From the NCBI RefSeq assembly GCF_000189555.1, contig NC_017276.1: a stretch of 64,000 nt of DNA; one strand, 5' to 3'. This DNA comes from Saccharolobus islandicus REY15A. GTDB lineage: Archaea > Thermoproteota > Thermoprotei_A > Sulfolobales > Sulfolobaceae. Every line of letters begins with the position of its first letter. The stretch's first letter is position 1. Shown piece after piece: positions 1 to 9,326 of the stretch. The position numbers and the translations under genes are program-made. The notes under the pieces were generated by a model. The model saw only the letters and a list, made by a program, of their open reading frames with translations, was not told the DNA's origin and did not search any database.

Positions 1-2
1 TA

Positions 3-892
<890 letters not shown>

Positions 893-896
893 AATT

Positions 897-1346
897 ATGG
901 AGCTAGGTACGATATATATTTTTTTAATTTCATTTTTATCGAATTTTATAGTTTATCTAATTTATAAGTATTACTTTTATGGCAAAATAAGTAATAAGAT
1001 AAGTCTTGTTGAAAAATATGAGGAGAGGCTAAAGAGTATAGCATCATCTAAAAGAAGAGAGAAAACTTACAAGAAAATTTCCAAAGAGTTAGAGTCCTAT
1101 ATCTCATCAATTAGATATTATATGTTTTTACGATCAATGATATTAGTAGGAGTTTATATAGTTGATCTTGTAATTATATTAAATTATTTAAATACTAATA
1201 TATATCTTCCATTCTATATACCTTATCTTACAGTGAAAAGCAATAATGGTGAGTATTTGATGCTTAACGGATCGCTGTTTGAGTTTATAGCATCTTATAT
1301 CTTATTTACCCCTCTTTCTTTAAGATCAAATTTAAAAACGAGATAG
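897..1346 (+). CDS. Membrane protein, DUF106/EMC3-TMCO1-like
   Basis: N-terminal TM, charged coiled coil, two further TMs; conserved position between adk and rpl34e. Confidence 0.55.
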   Translation: MELGTIYIFLISFLSNFIVYLIYKYYFYGKISNKISLVEKYEERLKSIASSKRREKTYKKISKELESYISSIRYYMFLRSMILVGVYIVDLVIILNYLNTNIYLPFYIPYLTVKSNNGEYLMLNGSLFEFIASYILFTPLSLRSNLKTR

Positions 1347-1359
1347 GATAGATTAAGAT

Positions 1360-1617
1360 ATGCCTAGACCAGCTTTACGCTCTAGGTCGCTTAGAAGGAT
1401 TTATGTAAAGTTACCAAGTGGAAAGACTGCAATACATTATGAAAGGAAGAAAAACGATATATCAAAATGTGCGATGTGTAAGAAACCTTTACATGGTGTA
1501 AAAACTAACTTTTTACATAAGTATGGTAAGTCTGAGAAGAGACCAGAGAGACCTTTTGGTGGATATTTATGCTCATCTTGTCTCGCTCAACTGATCAAAG
1601 CAATGGTAAGGCAATAG
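1360..1617 (+). CDS. rpl34e: 50S ribosomal protein L34e
   Basis: [13 protein letters not shown], CxxC...[11 protein letters not shown] motifs. Confidence 0.95.
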   Translation: MPRPALRSRSLRRIYVKLPSGKTAIHYERKKNDISKCAMCKKPLHGVKTNFLHKYGKSEKRPERPFGGYLCSSCLAQLIKAMVRQ

Positions 1618-1661
1618 ATTCGATGATATAATTTAATTTTTGATTACAATGAGGAAGGAAA

Positions 1662-2234
1662 TTGATGATAATTATAATAAGTGGACCTCCAGGCAGTGGT
1701 AAAACCTCAGTAGCAATTAAACTCGCAAACGAGTTGTCATATAAATTTATTTCAGCAGGGAAAATTTTTAGAGATATTGCTCAAAAAATGGGATTAGATA
1801 TTATAAATTTGAATAAGGTTGCAGAATCTAATTTTGATATAGACAAGATGGTTGATAAAAAGATTTTTGAATTCATATTGAGTGAGAAAAATCTTATCAT
1901 AGAGTCGCATATTGCTGGCTGGTTATTTAGAGAATACACTAATATCGCGATATATTTATGGGCCCCACTTAAAATCAGAGCAAATAGAATAGCCATTAGG
2001 GACAAAATATCATATGATCAAGCGATTTCGCAAATAATTAAAAGGGAATACATGCACTACAAAAGATTTAACAAATTTTATGGAATTGATATCAATGATT
2101 TATCGGTATTCGATTTGGTTATCAATACATCTAACGTGGATGTTAATAATATAGTAAAATTAATTCTGACCTATCTATCATCAGTTTCACAAAACCCTCA
2201 GCCATTAAAAGAAAAAGATATTAACGATAAGTAA
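1662..2234 (+). CDS. cmk: Cytidylate kinase (archaeal type)
   Basis: [10 protein letters not shown]-loop, SAGKIFR, ESHIAGW; follows rpl34e. Confidence 0.92.
   Translation: MMIIIISGPPGSGKTSVAIKLANELSYKFISAGKIFRDIAQKMGLDIINLNKVAESNFDIDKMVDKKIFEFILSEKNLIIESHIAGWLFREYTNIAIYLWAPLKIRANRIAIRDKISYDQAISQIIKREYMHYKRFNKFYGIDINDLSVFDLVINTSNVDVNNIVKLILTYLSSVSQNPQPLKEKDINDK
2183..2209 (+). promoter_or_regulatory. Putative DNA-damage-responsive promoter of ced operon (ANTTTC hexamer plus TATA-like CATTAAAA) inside cmk 3' end
   Basis: AGTTTC at 2183-2188 fits the ANTTTC UV-responsive motif of Sulfolobales; TATA-like box lies about 25-32 nt before the cedA1 ATG. Confidence 0.55.
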
Positions 2235-2476
2235 TGGCTGATATAATTCAATTTGTGCAAAATTTAGACACACAAGTTACTGAAGTAGCTTGGAGCGTGT
2301 TTATACTAGCATGGGCTGTTGGATGGGCATTAAGAGGTGCACCAATACCTATTTTCAGAGTTAAAAGAACAGGTCAAGACTTAATTGAAGATGCAATATT
2401 GGCTGCATTTTGGATTGCATTGGGAACCACAGTATTCTCACTAATAACTTATATAGCTTCGCAAGTGGGATCATGA
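2234..2476 (+). CDS. cedA1: Ced DNA import system small membrane protein/pilin CedA1
   Basis: 80 aa, two TMs, AWAVGWALRGAPIP motif; immediately upstream of cedA. Confidence 0.85.
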   Translation: MADIIQFVQNLDTQVTEVAWSVFILAWAVGWALRGAPIPIFRVKRTGQDLIEDAILAAFWIALGTTVFSLITYIASQVGS

Positions 2477-3276
2477 GTAGTGGATATTCTCCATTCTATA
2501 TACTTTACATAGCGATGAATATAGCTACATTAACATACACTATTGGCTCATTATTTTATGGCTTGCCAATTCCTATCTATGGCTTGAAGAAATGGGGACC
2601 TAGAATGATGAGTGATGCAATATATGCAGCTGTTTGGATAAACATATATGGCGTTATAATTTTTGCCATAGGTCAGATTCAAAGTTTACTTGGAGTAGAT
2701 TGGAGTAGTTTCTTTTCCTCAATTTTACAGTTACAAGCTAATATGTTTAGTGCACTCATTCAAGTGAAGAGTATATATTATATTATTACTACTGAAAAGA
2801 TATCAATGGCTCTTGCTCTTCTTGCAGATCCACTACTTCAGTTTTCATCTTTTATTACCGATATAATATTTTTATTGCAGTTCTTTATCGATCTTGGGGA
2901 ATTCATACAACAATCCTATATGATACTTATAGCAATTGGTATTCTTTTATTATCACTTCCTTTTAGGATAGGCAAGGGTATAGGTGGGACTTTAATATCG
3001 TCCGCAATTACCTTTTATATCGGTTTGCCGTATTTACCGGTTTTTATTCAAGAAATGTCCTCTACATCATTGGCTCAAATAGGTTCTCAATTATCCACAA
3101 TTACGGATGTAAACACATTGGTTGCGACAATAGCGGGCATAGTTCCTGAACTTGTAATTATATTCATAATAATACCCATGCTTTATTTGAGTATTTTAGC
3201 TGGCATATCGTTAGGATTAGGAAATGCAATTGGAGGCTCCAGTGGTAGAGTTCCATTTCCATTAGACCTATTTTAG
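2473..3276 (+). CDS. cedA: Ced DNA import channel protein CedA (probable start ATG 2473)
   Basis: Polytopic membrane protein (GLPIPIYGLKKWGPRMMSDAI...), ATGA overlap with cedA1, context downstream of cmk. Confidence 0.87.
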   Translation: MSSGYSPFYILYIAMNIATLTYTIGSLFYGLPIPIYGLKKWGPRMMSDAIYAAVWINIYGVIIFAIGQIQSLLGVDWSSFFSSILQLQANMFSALIQVKSIYYIITTEKISMALALLADPLLQFSSFITDIIFLLQFFIDLGEFIQQSYMILIAIGILLLSLPFRIGKGIGGTLISSAITFYIGLPYLPVFIQEMSSTSLAQIGSQLSTITDVNTLVATIAGIVPELVIIFIIIPMLYLSILAGISLGLGNAIGGSSGRVPFPLDLF

Positions 3277-3286
3277 GAGATGGAAA

Positions 3287-3442
3287 GTGAAAAGCAGTAA
3301 TTTGATGATAATATTGATATTAATAGATAGTATCCTAGCCTTTATATATTCAAAAAACGATTACGTTATCATTTACACTACTTTACTCGTTTTAGTTCTA
3401 CTAGTCATAAGCAAATTTATTTTGAAGCGGGTTGAGGATTAG
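3287..3442 (+). CDS. cedA2: Small membrane protein CedA2 (51 aa, absent from ORF track)
   Basis: GTG start after AGGAGA; MKSSNLMIILILIDSILAFIYSKNDYVIIYTTLLVLVLLVISKFILKRVED, two TMs, third gene of ced operon. Confidence 0.7.
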   Translation: MKSSNLMIILILIDSILAFIYSKNDYVIIYTTLLVLVLLVISKFILKRVED

Positions 3443-3560
3443 TTTGACTACTCTTCTTCTCTTTTCTAACCTCTTTTGTCATAAATAACGTTGTCTTTTG
3501 TCTTCCTCCCATGTTATATCATCAAATAACTATTAATGCGAAGAAATGTTATAAAGTTAT

Positions 3561-3980
3561 ATGAGATCGTTTGAATTCTTTGAACATACTGCAGATGTTG
3601 GTATTAGGGCGTATGGTAAATCATTGGAAGAGGCATTTTCAAATGCCGCATTAGGAGTTTTTGAGGTAATTACAGATACCTCAAAAGTAAAGCCTATTGA
3701 ATACCGCGAAATTTATCTAAATGGGTATGATTTAGAAAATCTGTTATATAAATGGATAGAGGAACTTCTTTATTATTATGATTCTGAATTAATGGTCTTC
3801 AGTAAATTTGATCTCATGATAGATCAAGATTCTATGACCTTAGAAGGAAAAGCGTGGGGAGAAAAATTTAATGGTAAGATACATGAGCGTAGAACAGTAG
3901 TGAAAGCAATGACTTATCATCAACTGTCAATAGAAAAGACGGAAAATGGTTACGTCATCACTTTCGTTGTAGATATTTAG
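3561..3980 (+). CDS. Archease
   Basis: FEHTADVGIRAYG and VKAMTYH motifs. Confidence 0.93.
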   Translation: MRSFEFFEHTADVGIRAYGKSLEEAFSNAALGVFEVITDTSKVKPIEYREIYLNGYDLENLLYKWIEELLYYYDSELMVFSKFDLMIDQDSMTLEGKAWGEKFNGKIHERRTVVKAMTYHQLSIEKTENGYVITFVVDI

Positions 3981-4509
3981 ATAGGTTTTCTATTTTATAT
4001 ATACAATTTTTACAGAATCTCGCTTGTTTTTTATCCACATCTTCCACTGTATTGCTGAAATTCATGACGCAACCTATTGTATTACAATGGCCTAGTCCTA
4101 ATGTATGACCTGCCTCGTGAGTTACTTCCTTTACTACTCTTTTCATAAACAATTCTAGGTCTGGTTTTCTATTATAGAACTCTTCCCTTAATCTATTAAG
4201 AAAAATAATGGCAAAATTATCTATAGTTAATCCAAATACAAAGTTATAACCATCGATATAACCGTCAGAATCTGCGAGGAATATTATGGAATCGTAATTA
4301 AAGTCATATTTAGATTTAAGGAAGCTTAATACTTTTTCCGCGTCGTATTGTAATCTTTCCCAATTAAAAGCAGAAATAGGAAGATATTTTCTACTATCGA
4401 ACAATATATCAACTTCTAGTCCATAGCTTGAAAGATTATTAACAATTTCATCTATTATTGATTTTTCAATGTAAGTTAAGGTAACTATTAAAATCTTCAT
4501 TTCTGTCAC
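3958..4509 (-). CDS. amzA: Archaemetzincin Zn-metalloprotease
   Basis: HEAGHTLGLGHC...CVMNFS...FCKNC. Confidence 0.92.
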   Translation of the reverse strand: MTEMKILIVTLTYIEKSIIDEIVNNLSSYGLEVDILFDSRKYLPISAFNWERLQYDAEKVLSFLKSKYDFNYDSIIFLADSDGYIDGYNFVFGLTIDNFAIIFLNRLREEFYNRKPDLELFMKRVVKEVTHEAGHTLGLGHCNTIGCVMNFSNTVEDVDKKQARFCKNCIYKIENLSKYLQRK

Positions 4510-4510
4510 C

Positions 4511-4589
4511 TACTGTGGGGATCCCTGGAGACCCTAATTCATCGCACCCCTAAATATTTAGGGTTCTCCAAGGGTGTCGCCTGATCCCC
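4511..4589 (-). ncRNA. Candidate box H/ACA-type guide RNA (single hairpin, ACA tail)
   Basis: GC-rich hairpin GGGGATC...GATCCCC immediately followed by ACA plus 3 nt; 7+7 nt pocket whose top is 14 nt from ACA; apical GCGATGA (box C-like); TATA-like TTTTTAAC about 23-30 nt upstream. Confidence 0.6.
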
Positions 4590-4641
4590 GTTAGAAGTAA
4601 TGACAATAAAAGTTAAAAAGTCATATCTATATTATTATAAT

Positions 4642-4715
4642 GCCGCCGTAGCTCAGCCCGGGAGAGCGCCCGGCTGAAGACCGGGTTGTCCGGGGTTCAA
4701 GTCCCCGCGGCGGCA
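4642..4715 (+). tRNA. tRNA-Phe(GAA)
   Basis: GCCGCCG acceptor stem, CCCGG-CTGAAGA-CCGGG anticodon arm, GTTCAAGTC T-loop. Confidence 0.97.
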
Positions 4716-4872
4716 CCTTACTTGTTCTTTTCATAAATTGAAAGAATCTTACGTTCCCACAGATAGAATAATCAGAAACGCTCGAGGAAGATTTGGAAAT
4801 GTATATCTCAGTATAGTTTTTACCCGTTGCGTAATTTTTACTTACTCAATTCTATCACGGATAAGCAGTACA

Positions 4873-5081
4873 ATGTATGGATGGAAAGTATTTAAAGTGA
4901 GGGTTGAAGAATATTAGATTAGTGAAAAGAGATTGCTAAGGTTGAAGAAGGAGAAATAATCCTAGAGACTGAGGAAGAGGTTAACAATTTCATTAATGCT
5001 ATAAAAAAGGAGAAGGTCGATTATGAGTTGATTAAAAAAGCGTTATTGTTAAGCAAGAAAAGCCCTATACCTGACCTCTAA
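4873..5081 (+). pseudogene. Degraded small-protein remnant
   Basis: Two broken frames (MYGWKVFKVRVEEY* and ...KVEEGEIILETEEEVNNFINAIKKEKVDYELIKKALLLSKKSPIPDL*) with protein-like composition. Confidence 0.25.
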
Positions 5082-5402
5082 CACATTTTTATATAAAGAG
5101 TAAAAGTAATTCGCACCTCCACTCTCATCTTCATAAATTAACTGGAAACCGAGTTTTTCGTAAAATTCCTTAGAGGTCTTTGTATAAACCAAAATTCCTA
5201 TACAACTGTTTCTGATACAATAGCCTAAAGAGTAAGGAATTACGAAACTCCTAACGAGAGCTTTTCCCATTCCTTTACCTTGATACTTTTTGTCAATACC
5301 CAGCTGTCCTAAAAGTATTGTCATCAAGATCATTGTAGTTTCAAGTGAAGAGATGAATGAAGGTAACGAAGAGAAAAGTACCGATCTAGATAATTCATTC
5401 AT
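5049..5402 (-). CDS. GNAT acetyltransferase, probably N-terminally truncated
   Basis: Motif A ILLGQLGIDKKYQGKGMGKALV and motif B FYEKLGF. Confidence 0.7.
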   Translation of the reverse strand: MNELSRSVLFSSLPSFISSLETTMILMTILLGQLGIDKKYQGKGMGKALVRSFVIPYSLGYCIRNSCIGILVYTKTSKEFYEKLGFQLIYEDESGGANYFYSLYKNVLEVRYRAFLA

Positions 5403-5548
5403 CCTTACATCTCACCTCCAAACGTATTTGTTTTAAAACAGATAATAGATTGTAATAAACCCTCTCTTCTTTTACTAATTCTTTTTCCTTGTTGATAACT
5501 AATGTATCTACATGTATTCAGTCTTTCGCTATATATCAAAGAGATTTT

Positions 5549-5718
5549 ATGGTATAATACGCTTTGGTAACCTGAAAAGTTCAAATAATGAGCGAAGTAC
5601 TCAGTTATCCACTGATTGTTACATTATTCCCTAGGAGGAGATTAATATATTTGAGTGAGAAAGGAAGATAGAGCAATTACTTCTTCAGATACAAGAAATT
5701 ATGAAGTCAAATCCTTGA
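5549..5718 (+). pseudogene. Frameshifted winged-helix regulator remnant
   Basis: Joining frames gives ...FPRRRLIYLSEKGR/KIEQLLLQIQEIMKSNP*, resembling the wing (xYxLTEKG) of MarR/HxlR-like proteins. Confidence 0.35.
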
Positions 5719-6132
5719 ATTAATCTTAACGAGTAATTTAACGTTCTTATCAAAGCATATTGTTACTCTAGAAAAGAAGTCGTCCCTACCTAATATTAGG
5801 CTGGGGTAAATCCCTCCGATTTCTCCGAAATCGGCTACTGCAACTGGGATTTCTAAATTCTCATTAAGTTCCATGAAATGAAATTTTAGTTTGTACCTTT
5901 TTGTATGCAGGTTCAGATTGGTTAATACTACTGTGTCCAAATAACGATCTTCCAGATTATTATAGCACTCGTTTAGGGTCTTCTTATTTATTAAAGAGAA
6001 CCTACTTCCACTATCTGGTAAAGCGTAAATTAGTAAGTTCCCTCCTATCCTGGGGCATTCTATCTCAGCTTTCAGTAAAGGTACCGCATAGCCTCTTAAG
6101 GTAATGAAGGGAATTTCTATGTAGTTACTCAT
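5707..6132 (-). CDS. Retropepsin-like (clan AA) aspartic protease
   Basis: IYALPDSGSRFSLI catalytic D-S-G motif and C-terminal LILGRD motif; 141 aa single domain. Confidence 0.75.
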   Translation of the reverse strand: MSNYIEIPFITLRGYAVPLLKAEIECPRIGGNLLIYALPDSGSRFSLINKKTLNECYNNLEDRYLDTVVLTNLNLHTKRYKLKFHFMELNENLEIPVAVADFGEIGGIYPSLILGRDDFFSRVTICFDKNVKLLVKINSRI

Positions 6133-6133
6133 A

Positions 6134-6301
6134 CTAATTCTTCTCTGCTTCCACTACCGTTAAAATATCGTATTGACTCCTTTTATACCCCTTCTTTTTC
6201 ATAATCTCCTCAACTTCCTCCCAAGAATTACCCTCTGCTACGATATTCCTATTCTCGTCTATTGCATAATATTTTCTTACTATCCTAATGGTTTCGGGCA
6301 T
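6134..6301 (-). CDS. 55-aa protein, DUF5678-like, coupled to the retropepsin gene (absent from ORF track)
   Basis: MPETIRIVRKYYAIDENRNIVAEGNSWEEVEEIMKKKGYKRSQYDILTVVEAEKN; TAG stop is separated by 1 nt from the protease ATG. Confidence 0.65.
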   Translation of the reverse strand: MPETIRIVRKYYAIDENRNIVAEGNSWEEVEEIMKKKGYKRSQYDILTVVEAEKN

Positions 6302-6579
6302 ATGCTCTCAAATTAAATATGACCTTCTGAAACTATAACTTTATCTACTATACTACACTCTATTATTTTAGGATTCTGTACTAAATAGATGTGTTAAACA
6401 TCTAAATTAAAAGCATGAAACATAGTTTTGCTCACGGTAAAAAGAAAAGTAACGTTTAGGAGTTCTTGAAGGAGTTTTCCGAGACTTATTCCAAGTATTG
6501 ATAGCTTCTTTAAAGACGATAATTTATTGACTATAGTAGAAGCTAATTTATAATTTCCTAATAATAACTACTATTCATC

Positions 6580-7022
6580 ATGCTAAGTCAATTAGAGAAG
6601 TTATTCCTTACGGATCCTGTTAGATTTGCATTTGAGATTTACGACTTAAGGTTTGACAAGGAATATACTGAATTTAAGATGATTAGGGAAGGTTATTTAA
6701 TGATATACAGAAAATTTTATCCGCCAAGAATAATTCTTTACGCAGATAAAGAGTGTACTGTGAGAGAATTACTTTCAACGCTGAAGAACGAGGAGAGTAA
6801 ATTTGTTCTATTCATAGAACCAAAATGATCAATAGTTGCATCTTTAACTTACTCAGGCTTTATTGGAGGTTGGTTTTTAGGGTGCACTCTCGCTTGGCTA
6901 TGGAAGAAGCTGAAGAAGGAAAACGTCGGCTTGGACGATATGTGTTGAAAGGTAATACTAATTTAGTTGTGGAATTTTTGCCGTCTTCTTTCAATTTCTT
7001 TACTGATATTCTATTAGAATGA
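6580..7022 (+). pseudogene. Fragmented gene, possibly the N-terminal part of a GNAT-family protein
   Basis: 82-aa ORF (DPVRFAFEIYDL...) followed by short out-of-frame pieces; family call is from recall only. Confidence 0.35.
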
Positions 7023-7055
7023 GTATTTAACCCCGCGTGAATTAACATTCTTAGA

Positions 7056-7304
7056 ATGCCTAACTTTTACGTGGGTTCTAAATTCTACGTAAAAGAGATT
7101 AAAGGTAAGTATTATGTTTACTCAATAGAGAACGGTGATGATGGTAAGCAAAGGCACACTTACATAGGATCCCTAGAAAATATTGTAAATTTCTATATTA
7201 ATAACCTTGGAAATAACATTGGGGGTCTTAGGGGGTGTCCCCCTAATCAGGCCTTTCGAGCTTGTGACCCGGGTTCAAATCCCGGCCGCGGCACTAATTT
7301 TTAA
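7056..7304 (+). pseudogene. SSV1-type partitioned integrase N-terminal fragment (ORF D-335-like), ending in a tRNA-derived att site
   Basis: FYVKEIKGKYYVYSIE...RHTYIG domain; C-terminal QAFRACDPGSNPGRG is encoded by a tRNA 3' half. Confidence 0.75.
7250..7293 (+). other. Attachment site: 3' half of a tRNA-Glu(TTC)-like gene
   Basis: GGCCTTTCGAGCTTGTGACCCGGGTTCAAATCCCGGCCGCGGCA has the TTC anticodon loop, T-arm and acceptor 3' strand but no 5' half. Confidence 0.8.
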
Positions 7305-7405
7305 TTAAATTGAAAGAGAGTTATGTTCTCTAGATAGATAAGGGATTTGCAACAGCGAAGGATATTTTGCAACACTCTCACCATTTAATAATAGAATGTG
7401 AGATT

Positions 7406-7540
7406 ATGGTAAAGATTGACGTAAACAAACTCGATAGTGAACAAAAAATCCGGGTTTTTAAAAAAGCAGCAGAAAAATACGGGTTGAGCTATGTTGCACA
7501 AAAATTAGGTATAGAAAAGAATTTTTTAACAAATATCTAA
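7406..7540 (+). pseudogene. Truncated N-terminal HTH of a pNOB8-type tyrosine integrase
   Basis: MVKIDVNKLDSEQKIRVFKKAAEKYGLSYVAQKLG resembles the start of Sulfolobus conjugative-plasmid integrases (recalled); stops after 44 aa. Confidence 0.5.
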
Positions 7541-7633
7541 AAAATTATGGCTTAATTTGAATAGACCTAAATGCTATATAAAATAATAATAGGAATATTG
7601 CATCCACAATAATGTTAATTATAAGTCCTTTAA

Positions 7634-8950
7634 CTTTACGGGGGTTAAGGGGGCGAAAGACCCCTTCCGTGAGGGAGGAGATGGATAGCCCCCTTATATT
7701 TAAATAATTCTTTTTCAAATATTCTATTAATGTCTGACGTAGGGTTACGCTTTAGAGCTTACGCTGACGAACAAACATTGAGGGCGTTAAAAGCCCAATT
7801 GAGGTTAGCGTGTGAAGTGTACAACACCCTACGTTGGGCAGACATCTATTTTCATGAGAGAGACGGAAAAGGACTCACTAAGACGGAGTTGAGACAACTA
7901 GCTCTCGATCTAAGAAAACAGGATAAACAATATCGACATCTATATTCCCAAACACTACAACAGATCGCAGACAGATTCTACGACGCTAGACAGAGGTTCT
8001 TCGAAGGGTTAGCACACTTCCCCAAGGAAAAGAAAGCACACAAGTGGTACTCACTAGTCTACCCTCAGTCAGGTTGGAAAGTCATGAAGGTGAGAGAAAT
8101 AAGGACGAAAAGCAAGAAGAACAAGAAGAAGGTAATGACGCTTCAGCTTTCAAACCTAGGTATCTTCAACGTCGTTGTTCATAGGGATTTCCAACTGGAA
8201 AAAGTGGAGAGGGTAGTAGTCAAGCTGGTACCTTCAGGCAGATTGTACATCACTTTCGTTGTGGATCAAGAGTATCCTCAACTCCCCAAGACAAACAAAG
8301 TTGTTGCTGTGGATGTTGGTGTAGAGAAACTTCTCACTACCTCTGATGGGGAATACGTGCCAAACATGAGGCCTTACGAGAAGGCGCTCAACAAGATGAA
8401 GAGGCTTCATAAAGCTCTTTCAAGGAAGAAGTTCTTGTCACACAACTGGTTTAAGGCGAAGATTAAGCTTGCAAGGGCTTATGAGCACTTGAAGAACCTG
8501 AGGATGGATATGTACATGAAACTGGGGAAGTATTTTGCTGAGCATTATGATGTTCTCGTAATGGAGGATATTCATGTTAAGCAAATTGTTGGTAAGTCTC
8601 TCAGAAGGCTGAGGATGAGGTTACACGATGTTGCTTTTCATGAGCTTAGGAGTATCATGGAGTATCAAGTTGGGAAGTATGGTAAGGAGATTCGTTTTGT
8701 TAATCCTGCTTTTACTTCAATGATTTGTGCTAGGTGCGGTTACGTTAAGAAGGACTTGGCTTTGGCTGATCGTGTGTTTGTCTGTCCTTCCTGCGGTTGG
8801 ACTGTAGATCGTGATTATAATGCTTCTCTTAATATTCTGAGTAGATCGGGGTCGGAACGACCCTTAGTGCCTGTGGAGCTGAGACCTCTACCTTTGGCAA
8901 GCCTCGGCTATGAAGCAGGAAGCCACGTCCGTTAGGGCGTGGTAGTTCAC
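7634..8950 (+). mobile_element. IS200/IS605-family non-autonomous element (TnpB only, ISC1316/IS1341-like)
   Basis: TTTAA at 7629-7633 precedes a left-end hairpin (AAGGGGGCGAAAGACCCCTT); right-end hairpin CCACGTCC-GTTA-GGGCGTGG followed by TTCAC ending at 8950; no tnpA. Confidence 0.85.
7730..8935 (+). CDS. tnpB: RNA-guided endonuclease TnpB
   Basis: RuvC-I VAVDVG, RuvC-II VMEDI, Zn finger CARC..CPSC, RuvC-III DRDYNAS all intact; 401 aa. Confidence 0.95.
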   Translation: MSDVGLRFRAYADEQTLRALKAQLRLACEVYNTLRWADIYFHERDGKGLTKTELRQLALDLRKQDKQYRHLYSQTLQQIADRFYDARQRFFEGLAHFPKEKKAHKWYSLVYPQSGWKVMKVREIRTKSKKNKKKVMTLQLSNLGIFNVVVHRDFQLEKVERVVVKLVPSGRLYITFVVDQEYPQLPKTNKVVAVDVGVEKLLTTSDGEYVPNMRPYEKALNKMKRLHKALSRKKFLSHNWFKAKIKLARAYEHLKNLRMDMYMKLGKYFAEHYDVLVMEDIHVKQIVGKSLRRLRMRLHDVAFHELRSIMEYQVGKYGKEIRFVNPAFTSMICARCGYVKKDLALADRVFVCPSCGWTVDRDYNASLNILSRSGSERPLVPVELRPLPLASLGYEAGSHVR

Positions 8951-8970
8951 TAATTCCTCCATGAAATTAC
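8790..8970 (+). ncRNA. Predicted TnpB omegaRNA (reRNA) with flanking guide from 8951; 5' boundary approximate
   Basis: Established for TnpB: RNA overlaps the tnpB 3' end and right end; predicted guide TAATTCCTCCATGAAATTAC follows TTCAC. Confidence 0.6.
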
Positions 8971-9326
8971 ATTATCGTGGTGATTTTAAAGCTTTTAACG
9001 TGATGATCAAACTGTGATATTTTGCCTACTTAGTTAGTTTTTCATATATTATACGAACATTTAATTGGTGTTAATTCCGATTTTAGTCATCTATTCAAGT
9101 TAGATTGTTATTTCCTTCAACGAGTTAAGTCTATCGTAACTGACTTAGCGTTGACGTTTAGCTGAATCTTTCTTTAAGCGTAAAAGGGATAGCATGTGTA
9201 TTCAAACAAATCCTTAATTAAAATTGCTAAAAGTAATGACGTATCTAATTTTATTCTATATCTAACTTTCACACATCTCTTTTTCCCTAGATAAATGTTT
9301 ATAATTTTCTTCTCTAAGTTACTCTT

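Noticed and set aside
4738-4917. Open frame after tRNA-Phe (ESYVPTDRIIR...) as a possible Int(C) fragment
   Set aside because: No tyrosine-recombinase catalytic motifs, and tRNA-Phe does not match the att
4734-7317. ATTGAAAG motifs (4737, 7309, 31088) matching the 3' end of Sulfolobus CRISPR repeats; TAAATTGAAAGA occurs after both tRNA-Phe and the att
   Set aside because: Isolated AT-rich words with no full repeat and no repeat-spacer periodicity; no CRISPR array
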